Source: Octopus sinensis
Lineage: Eukaryota
Assembly (NCBI RefSeq): GCF_006345805.1
Contig: NW_021836126.1
Span: 124,001-188,000, forward strand
DNA length: 64,000 nt
Direction: 5' to 3'
The translations under genes were made by a program, and so were the position numbers. Every line of letters starts with the position of its first letter. Within the stretch, counting starts at the first letter, position 1. Below, one piece after another: positions 54,562 to 64,000 of this stretch. The notes beneath the pieces were generated by a model. The model saw nothing but the letters and a program-made list of their open reading frames with translations, was not told the DNA's origin and did not search any database.

Positions 54562-54927
54562 ACAAGGAAGACAATTAACACCAGTAAAGGGGTAATACAT
54601 AAGCAAGAATTGGAATAAAACGGAATTAAATATTTATTCCACTACGAATAGGCTAAGAAAGTAAATTGACAAGGGTTAGGCAAAATACTTCATACCGATC
54701 ATGGAAGAGAATTTAGTAATGTTCTTCTAAAAGTTGCGATAAATACAACATTTGTCATATTTTTGAGACCACGCATGCAGCCACAAATTTTGATGCTCAT
54801 AGACAAGGAAGGCAATTAATACTAGTAAAAAGGCAATACATAAGCAAGAATTGAACTAAAACGGAATTAAATATTTATTCCACTGCTAATAGGCTAAAAA
54901 AGTAAATTGACAAGGGTCAGGCAAATT
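54562..54927. repeat. Two ~125-bp direct repeats flanking an integrase scrap
   Basis: ACAAGGAAG.CAATTAA…AAACGGAATTAAATATTTATTCCACT…GTAAATTGACAAGGGT at ~54562 and ~54803. The spacer reads KILHTDHGREFSN. Confidence 0.75.
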
Positions 54928-57129
54928 TTGGTGTTGTGATAGACATCGAAAGAATAATCACCGAATATTACACGGGCTACATAAGCCAGTCAACTGCTAC
55001 AGCTCTTTAAATTGATTAGGCATATTTTTACAATTAATCCCATTTGTCCTTTCCAAAGAGATAAGAATTCTATAGAGGGGATGTATACCCCATTAACTAC
55101 TTTTTTGAATTCTCCGCATAGATGACCAAAAGCGAATAAAACCTTCTAATAAGTTGTAAACTTTATTATAACGTTGTCATTTTAGACTCTAAACGACAAC
55201 TACGTTTCTAAAGTTTATTTTTTAAACTATCACTACGTGGATTGTCAATATTTTAATTACGGTGATAACACCAACTCCCTGAATCGACACTTGCAGTTGA
55301 TGGAAGAGCATACATAATTATACGTTTCACTCTATAAATTTCATATTGGCTTTTATCAGAAAACTTTTCGTCGATCAAAACTTAGTTATTAACGCAAAAA
55401 CCGCGGATAAGCAGCAACTGCCAAATCAATCGCTACGTTTGAAATAGGAAATAGACCAAAGTAGAGTCAATTACCTAACAAATTTAACGATTACCCGGAC
55501 AAATGAAAGTCAAGTTCTTGTATACTATTGTCGGGAATAAGCAGAATATTGGGAAAACATGTTAATGTCCTTTTGGAAGTACATTGATCTCATTTCATCA
55601 AAGATATTTTCCAACAAATATTCCTTTCGTCTCGATCTGCTAGTAAGAACGAGGATCTGACCTGGCGATTGATTATACCCTTGAGAAAGTCATTTACCCC
55701 ATTTATTTAGTCTAGATTTGAACAATCACCTCTAAAAAATTCATATCTTCCTTGACAATCAAAGTGTCTGCCACAGCTCAGAAAATGAATCTAGCAGAAG
55801 ACGGATCAGAAGCAAGAGGAAAACCTGGAATCAATATTTTCTAGATAAGATATTATTCCACCTTAATTCATTTAATATAATTTTATGATTTAAAAATATA
55901 TGTTGACCTTGATTTTTGTGACTTTGCTACAAATCCACTTTTGCATTAACTCCAGCATTCAGGCCAAGTCTGATGAGAATAATTCGGAAGTGTGTAAATT
56001 TGTCGTCGAAATTCTTTCAAACCTGCTGGTCAATCCTAGAATCCAGGTTTCAAACTATATAAACACTTCAGCTAAAATTACTGCACAAACTCCCAGGAAA
56101 ACTCTGCAATTCCCCAAAAGTATAGTGTTTTACATATTCAGTGTAACATGACATTGTCGGAGATACTGTACAGCATATACACTCTTATGTCCTTCAACGA
56201 CGTACTGATATATGCACAAGTGTAGGCAGCCAGTCTGATTTGTCCGAACAGTGTATCCTTCCAGTTTTTGAGTTTTTCAAATGTTGGCGATATTGCTACT
56301 ATATTGAATGCGTATTTGAATAACAGCCTACCTGGCGATTCCACGTGTGTTCAAATGCAGAATTTCTTGGTTGATAAAATTCGAGAAAATTTCCCCCAGG
56401 TTTAGTTATTTCTTACATTTGCTGATCCAACTACTCTTCAAGGATACTACTCCGATATACGCCGTGATGGCTTATTTGGTAGAGTCACCTACTTATTGTA
56501 GGAATCTGGGTTCTTCTGCTCCAGTTTCTAATAGTCAGACTGTACTAATACTTGTTTGCTTATTAACAAATGAACTTGCTTTTGCAATCACAATTAGTTT
56601 GAAATTCCCCATCAAAAATTAATCTCCCAAGGAAAGGGTCTCCCACAGAGAAGTGGCGTTTGTAAGTGGACCTGGCCAAAAATCCTGTTCCAACAACGAG
56701 AAGCCAGACTGAGGGGGTTTGAGGGTTTTAAATGCGCTTTCTTATCATTAATAAGCTTTAAATTGAGAACATTCAAGGGATAAGAAATAAGCTAAAACAG
56801 ACTTCTAATTATCTCCTTTACTTCTAGGCGACTTAATAATAATTAGGTCAATAATCTAAATTTAACCAAAAATAGAACATTCTCTGCTAATAAAAATTCG
56901 TTAAGCTATAGAGGACGTATAGTTAGTATTGTTTTGAAATAAGTTTAACAAGACAATCAAAATCTATAAGTTAGTTACAGAAGACATTATCGTGAGGAGA
57001 AGCAAGTTTTTTATTAGAATAAACCAGTTGCTCCATTACCTTGATTTGTTATTTTCCACGGATGCTTTTAAAAGTGTTTCTAAAATTGAGAAAACTCAGA
57101 TACAATATTAGCAGAAGGCCCCCCCCCGA

Positions 57130-57460
57130 TGGACAATATTCTAAAATAATAATAATGACAAATACGAAATCGACTACGAATTTAAGTTTTTGAAACACAA
57201 GACTAAATTTTTATACTAAATAAGATTATAAAATGACTAACTATAATGACATTTGACAATTCTGGAATAAATGAAGTAAACGTAATGAACATTGGCATTA
57301 GACTTGAAATAATAAAAATACATACATTGAACCTAACTTTGGATTCTTGCTGAGTGAAATATATGCAACTGAAACAGTATGACGATTCGAGGAATATTGT
57401 CGCTGATTTACCTAATGAAAAGTTTCAAGTCGATTTGATTAATTTTAAAAGGTTTAAGTT
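57130..57460 (+). mobile_element. Decayed Ginger/TDD-like integrase fragment
   Basis: RNIVADLPNEKFQVDLINFKRF is similar to NHIVANLPNERYQIDLIDLRR at ~16130-16200. Confidence 0.55.
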
Positions 57461-57738
57461 TCATTAGTTATTATCATAGATTTGAGAATCAAAATGATCA
57501 TTTTTTCTTGGTTATAAACTGGTTTACATAAATGTCAATGACTAAAGTTGTACCTATAATTCTGACAATCTCAACGTCTAAAATAAAACCAGCAAATAGC
57601 TCTAAACATTCATCGGCCATTCACTAAGAAGCAAATTTGTGTCAAAATACCAAATTCCACAACAAGCACACTTTTTAGGTCAAACTACCCCACCAAAATA
57701 TATATTAACTCTCCCAGTTAGTATAAATGAAATATAAA

Positions 57739-58764
57739 TTAGCAGAGACTATTCTCCCCACTACGAACATCCTCCCTCTCCTCAATTTGATGAGGCTTAA
57801 GCACATCGACCTTACAAAGAGGACACAGCCGATGCACTCTCACAAGCCAGGGATCAATACACTTGACATGAAACACTAAACTAAGGGACAATCACTACAA
57901 TGGAGACAAGGCAGTTCCCTCACTTTGTCCTTCTCCCCAAACTCGTCCAAACATATTGCACACGCCTCACAAAACTGATCCTCCACTTTGCCATAAGTTT
58001 TGACGGGGATCTTCTTTATTTGTCTTATTGGCAGTTTCTGTTTCCAAATGCCGTAGTAATACAAGGACAGTTTGATTATCTGGTCATTACACACAAATGA
58101 GGACTATTCCGAGGATGACCACCACCAACAGAACACCCACAGTACAGGCAAACACAAATATATAAAACTCCATTTTTGTCCTTGGAAATTCTTTGAAGGA
58201 TGCCTTATAACTACAACATCAAACACAAGAAAATACTTTTTATTGTTAGAATATTTAAGCAAATCAAAATATCCGAACTGATTCACAAACATTGCCTCAA
58301 TATTGACTACTCTGTGGTCATCTAGTATTATTAAAACATTATAAATTACCAACAGACCTATACATTGTGAGTAATTGAGATGAGTTGGGGTCATATACCA
58401 CAGCACCCGCAAAACCAGCGCGTTGTACATTGATTATCTGAAATAGTATATTGGAGTGACCTTGTCCATGAATGTGCAGCCATTTCGTTTTATTATTGCA
58501 ATTCTGTATTGGTTGTACATGTTGTAGGGAATGTTAGAACATCCCTCGGGCGGGTTTAATGTCACCAGGTAGCCTGTTGTGTATTGTTTAGAGGAAGAAA
58601 AGTCGGCTTCCTGACAGAGAATTTTTTGTGGATTTGTCATGTTATTATTTGTTATCTTTGTGGGTTGTTTAGTTAAATAGTACGATTATTAAAGAAATGC
58701 TGTCGGAAAGTGATAGACAGGTGGATAAGAGAACTAATGCGATATTTCGGAAAGGAATATTCAT
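57739..58764 (-). CDS. PA-TM-RING E3 ligase, RNF13/RNF167-like
   Basis: Signal peptide [22 protein letters not shown] domain ([14 protein letters not shown]|[16 protein letters not shown]), a TM helix, then CAICLDEF…ELPCLH|…HVKCIDPWL…LCPLCK. The 3' end is uncertain. Confidence 0.85.
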
Positions 58765-58930
58765 TCTAAAGAGGGTTATTTATTAATGTGGAAAATATAT
58801 TAGCAAACAATTGATCTAAAAACCACAAGGACGAAATTAGGTCAGTACATTTTATTCATTATTTTATAAAAATAATTTAGCTAATTAATTAAAACAATTA
58901 ATTATAATGAAAACTAAAATTTTCATAAAG

Positions 58931-60347
58931 TCAATTCCTTTTTAATACCTCCAAGAATTTCTTCATCTCCTCCAAAGACATGGCCTCAGCGTCAACCTTA
59001 CTCCCCGGGTTGATGGCCAACACATCCACTGGGTCACGTTTAGGGACATTCATCAACATATTGGCAGTCGCCCTCTTCTTGACCAGGGGGACTGTCTCCC
59101 TCACACCCACTGGCTCTTCCTCTATCTCCACAGGGGCCTCCACACACTTCCGGTCTTCCATCTCCTGCCTTAACTTGTCATCCCTCGGGGATATCTCTAT
59201 CGCTTCTTCGTACAACTTTAATGATAAATCCTTCATTCCTTTGATCCAATAACTATATTAATTATATTATTTTTATATTATTTAATTTATTTAAATTAAT
59301 ATATTCTTAATAAATTAATATATTCTTGTGGTACATTGCTAACATACATTCTCGCCTTTTCCACCAAGGCATCAGAGCTCTTTGGGTTAAAAGAGAGGGC
59401 ATATTCCACACATTTGAGAGCATCCCTCAACTTCCCGCGCTCTCTACATCTTCTGGCTCGGCCAACACTAGAGTATTAGGGGTCACTCTTACCTCTCCAC
59501 CACACACGCCATGTCCTGCTTATCTCTCAGAGACGATATTGTCTCAATCTCACCAAAATTGTTCTTTCTGTCTTCAAACAGACTGTTGTAGGAGTATACG
59601 TCGATTTCCGTAAGGGAGAGTACCGCGTCTATTCCTTTTCGGTTTTTGAACTCGATAGAATCCTCTAATGTTTGAAGGAAACCACGTGTTGTCCTCTTCT
59701 TGCAGTATTTTGGGAGTTCTGCCTCCTCAATCCACCCCTTTAATTATTAAAATGAGTTATTACTAATTCACAGTTAGTTCTTAGGACATTAGAAGGTTTA
59801 TATTTGTTCTGGTCGAGAGAAACGTAGATTGTTTTATCATGCCCCACAAGACCCACAACGACCACTAAATTGGCGGGAGTTTATTTAAAAATTTAAATAA
59901 TGCCTCTTAATAAATTGAAATTTTTCAATTTAATTTTTCCCTCTTCAAAATAAAAGGCGGGAATTTCTTCAAAGCGGCAAAATGCTTTCAAGTTGGCAGA
60001 TGAAAGGTCTCGGGGCTCCTCTGCTGAGGTGGCCACAATATCGAGTGTGAGTTGGTTTTGTCCCACATGACAAATTTTGCAATATAAAATAAAATTAATG
60101 TCAATAACCTAATTTAAAATTTAAATAAATATTTACTTTATAAAACATGTCTATCTTTTGTTGTGTGGTTGTGTCGGTGAATGTCTCCAGTGGGGGCATT
60201 CGGACGTAGAAGTCTATGGAAGGGTCAGTACTTATTTCTAGAACCTTCTCGAAGATCTTTGACTTGTACTACGTCGTCATTCTCGGGGCATATGTTTATT
60301 AAAGGTTTTTTCGATGCCAAAAAATTGTCATTGAGAATGTTCAACAT
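58931..60347 (-). CDS. TTC14: Tetratricopeptide repeat protein 14-like (S1-like plus TPR)
   Basis: MPPLETF, RDLSSANLKAFC, LRDKQ…G…DAL…AL.FNPKSSDALVEKARIYWIKG…YEEAIEISP follow the TTC14 pattern. Some splice junctions are unresolved. Confidence 0.7.
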
Positions 60348-62399
60348 CACTACACTATGCTTTATTATTTTATTTAAATTTGATAATAATTTTTAATAAT
60401 ACGTTATTAAATTATAATATATTTTACAACAATTTTAAAGTAGTTGGAATAAAGTTAAAAATTAATCTGGGAATGTACTTTTTGTTTTTTGATCAAATTA
60501 GTTTGTTTTCGTTAAAATAAATAAAATTTATTTTTAATTTACAATTTTTTAATTAAAATAATTTTTGATAAAGGCCTAATAAACTTTGTCATGTTGTGTA
60601 TTTATCTTGTTATGCTTGTGTTTATTCTCATTGATATTATTAATTCGATCCAGACGGAATATTTCGTGATGTAGTTTCTTTTAATTATTAATTTTTCTGA
60701 AATTCCACTATTTTGTGATATTTGATTCTTTAATCTGTTTATTTATTTTGACTACTAAACTTCATTGTTATTCAGAAAACGCTATCATTTTTTCCATCTT
60801 TATTTATTCTAATTTTTTGAAAATTGTACTGAATTTTTAACACTAATTTTATATTCTGAAATTATTTCCTTAACTTAAAGCCTTTTGTTGTAACAAAATT
60901 TAAAAACCTTCATAAAATGAATTCAATTTCATTTGTTATATTTTGGATCGTCATTAACAGTTTCGATTGGTCTATTATTCCAATTTCGTTTTCTTTTCAT
61001 TCTTTGATAATCAATTTCATTGAGATCGTCTCCGGAAAGTTGTCATACATCCCTCAATGACCCGTCGTATCTCCGGGGACTTGGTTTCCGCCCAGTTTGG
61101 GACCCGTCCTCCTGGGTCAAGCCTATGGGCTAGTTTTAGTGTATTATTACACATTTCCTGGATATTTTTTGGTATTCTTTTGAGAAGAATCACATAGCCT
61201 TCGTAAGTAATGGATATCTCATCAGACAGTGACAGGAATAATGAAGGTTCCCGATTGCAATAGGCCGTATTGTCTATTTGATTTCAAACAGAATTACTAT
61301 GGAAGTTCAAACCTTGGAACATCGTGGTGAGGATTATAGAAGAACGGTTCGCATCTGGTATTGGCCAATACTTTGAACAGTCCAGATCAAAATTTTATTT
61401 GATTTCGAATACTTTTCTTCTTGAATAAACAAGCGTGAGGTTATCTGTCATCAAGAGGGAGATCCGGTGGAGTTCAAAGAAACAACACTTAGCTAGTCAC
61501 CAAAATGGGGCTGGCAACTGGTATTCAAAACTTGTAGAAAAAGGTGGTCTGAACTAGTTTAGATTTTTCAGCTCTTCTTTTAAAAGTTTTGCAGAAATCG
61601 GATTATACAGTCATCACGCTCTAAAGTGAACAAAAAATAGAACATGGATTAAAAATAAACAATATTAAAGAATAATTAATAGATTATTTAAAGATTTTAA
61701 TCATGTAGTCGGTGATTTTTTGAATATGATTAGTTTGATAATTTCTTACATTTTTTGTATTTTATTATACTTTTGTTTATAATCATTCTCAAGAAACCAT
61801 AATTCAATCGCCTTCGCATATCATTGGCTTCATATAGTGTCGGAACATAAATTTTTTATCTTCCTTTTCAACTTTTTTTAGTTTTCTGGCAAAGTTCTGT
61901 ATTAAGTTTTCGCCGTCAATTTGATCATTTTCAAAAATAAAAAAATTTTCATAATTTATTTCTTCTATTTCTGTCAGGTTCTGTATTAAGGTATTTTCAA
62001 ATGCTTTCTTGAAACAATTTGTAATTTTCATTTTTGATACTTCTAACCAAGCTTGATTTATGAATATCTTTCCGTAACTTTTTCGTGATCTACATTGTCA
62101 TCATTAATATAAAATTCAATCAATTATGCACATAGGAATTGTCTATACCTGTCTTTGGATGATTTTATTGTTTCTTTAACAAGGGGTTGTAACTTTGATG
62201 TTGTATTTGGAGGGAAAAAAGAGTTTGATGTTACTGAACTCTAAATCATGTGAGTGTACGTAGCATTATCAAGCAAAATTAGAATTTTTCTTTTTTGGAA
62301 AATCATTTTTTATTCAATTCTAAAAGCCATTCTGAGAAATAACCATATGTCATCCATGCTTTTTTATTTGATTTGTATTCCACTTGTAAATTATTAGTT

Positions 62400-62740
62400 A
62401 AATTTCTCCTTTAAAGCAGCGTGGATTTTTGACTTTGTGTGGATATTGGAGAACCAATCCCTTCAGATGTTTGAAATCCTCACGTGAAAGAGACAGAAGG
62501 AGTTGAGTGCAGTCGAGCAGGATGAGTGCGAAATGCTCATCAAACGACGTATTTTGTGGAATATCATGTCCAATCACTGCTCCAAGAGGGAGTTGAAAAC
62601 TGCCTTGAGGGAGAAGGGGCTCGTCAGGACGATCAAACTTGGCACAGGACGTCTATAGAATAGTCCAGGACTTGCCTGCCGACGTTATTGACGACTATAG
62701 GCACATGGTAATTGCGTGGATGGCCGGTTCTCTTGTTTTT
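62400..62740 (+). mobile_element. Decayed R4-like RT fragment
   Basis: F…ILEN…E…KE…E…IKRRILWNI.SNH.SKRELK.AL.EK resembles the region after the RT YKYLG motif. Weak. Confidence 0.35.
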
Positions 62741-62759
62741 TTATTTTCGAATAATTTTA

Positions 62760-63370
62760 TTAAAGTCAAAAAATGGTGTTATATTCAGCATTTTCTAGAC
62801 TCAGCATTTTTTTGACCACATTGTCAATGTGGGAACAGGCAAGTGCCAGCAGTTTAGCCTTGGTCTACGTATGAGCAGGCCACTCAACATAACGGTTTAT
62901 TAGACAGATTTTTGTCCGAGTCAACAGTTAATGATCTGTTCGACAAAACATTAAAAAATAATCTAGTTTCGTCCAAATTAAAAACATTTTTTTAACAATA
63001 TTGTTCTAATTTGGGGCATTCTGTAAAATTTTGAATCATAGAGATTTCAACAAATTGGTTATCCCACATAAAGCACGGGAAGCAATGCAATGTCGATTTT
63101 TAAATTTCTCAGCCCATCCATTTGATGCTTGAAATCCTTGAATATTACAAAAAATCTCTGTCGAATGTTGAGACTTGGGCAAGTAAATTTTCTTCTTTTT
63201 TGGTCATATTGAAAGTAAGTATTTTTTCAGAATTTTCTTTTTGCAGCTCAAGAAACATTGAAATAAAGGGATAAATCACGGTCTGTGTAATGTCTATTTT
63301 ATGATAAAATTCGATTATTTCTTTCTTTTGTGAAAATGACAGGCGTTTTCAATTTTCCACGATGCTAACC
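62760..63370 (-). mobile_element. Decayed Tigger/pogo (CENP-B-like) transposase
   Basis: KRLSFSQKKEII, FQASNGWAEKFKNRH, and a frameshifted NVFNLDETRLF. Confidence 0.75.
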
Positions 63371-64000
63371 ACTGTAGAGCGTGTAATTTATTTATTTTGA
63401 AGAATTTTAAATATACAGATGTAAAAATATTAAATTTAATATTTATTAGTTCACAAAAAATTGACGTTCATTTTATAATTAATATATTAATGAGATTCAC
63501 TAATATTTGTTTTTGTAGATTGCGGTGACAGATTGCATTAATATTTCCTGTTCACTATGGAGAGCGCTGTCAATAATCAAATTTTGACTAATATATTTTT
63601 AATAATTATTAATTTTTTTGAAGAAATACAAATATATAATGATTCTCTCATCGTGTTCTATGCATTTTGGTTGTTGTGGTTTTGCTGTTTTCAACAGTTG
63701 ATAATTATTTTTTATTCAACATTTTTAAAATAATTTTGCATATGCATTTTATTTTTTTTATACTTTTTTTTTAAACAAAAGAAATTAATTTTTGTGTAAC
63801 TAATTAGCAGTAGAGGACAAGATGGAATGGCAATTCCCACTCAAGATGGCTATTGATATAAGCGTTGGAAAAGCCATGTCCGTTATCGATGATTGTTTTT
63901 CCTTCTGCTTGCCAGATTCCCCAATTTAATGAGAAATTTTTTAGTCATGGGACCGAGGACAGCATTTTATTGAAGATTAAATATTGGGTACATGTAGAAT

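Noticed and set aside
61050-61450. RTE-like RT C-terminal remnant on the minus strand
   Set aside because: The resemblance (GR.P..R…L) is too weak to support as a feature.
63820-63900. Helitron/PIF1 helicase motif (QFPLKMAIDISVGKA)
   Set aside because: A single short, poor match with no neighbouring helicase motifs.

Overview
AT-rich eukaryotic (animal) genomic DNA. Compact, more GC-rich host-gene islands alternate with fields of decayed transposons. Almost all introns I could reconstruct are only ~22-28 nt. With metazoan-type genes (POU homeobox, srGAP-like, MEX3-like), this points to a highly reduced animal such as a dicyemid mesozoan (inference). Host genes reconstructed by hand: POU homeobox, NDUFS1, papain-family protease, UAP1, MRPL38, F-BAR/RhoGAP, SFI1-like, UBE2J1, RPL23A, MEX3-like fragment, RNF11-like, DNAL4, RNF13/167-like and TTC14-like. 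Two 5S rRNA genes sit in a ~2 kb tandem duplication that also copies the 5' end of NDUFS1. Mobile elements: hAT, Tc1, Tigger/pogo, intron-containing Ginger/TDD-like integrases, an APE-LINE with a precise 5' inversion, R4-like and CRE-like RLE LINE tails, and a tRNA-like SINE. Most notable unexplained signals: (1) strong clustering of an E2F-like motif TTCCCGCC/GGCGGGAA inside gene bodies, in several reading frames and in introns; (2) same-strand gene pairs 130-170 bp apart with an unpaired YAG just before the downstream ATG (operon/trans-splicing-like); (3) host-type micro-introns conserved inside transposase genes; (4) a truncated NDUFS1 duplicate differing almost only at synonymous sites. 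Several 1-nt deletions in homopolymers of essential genes suggest uncorrected long-read errors. Coordinates and counts are manual and may be off by a few bases. Family assignments come from motif recognition, not database searches.
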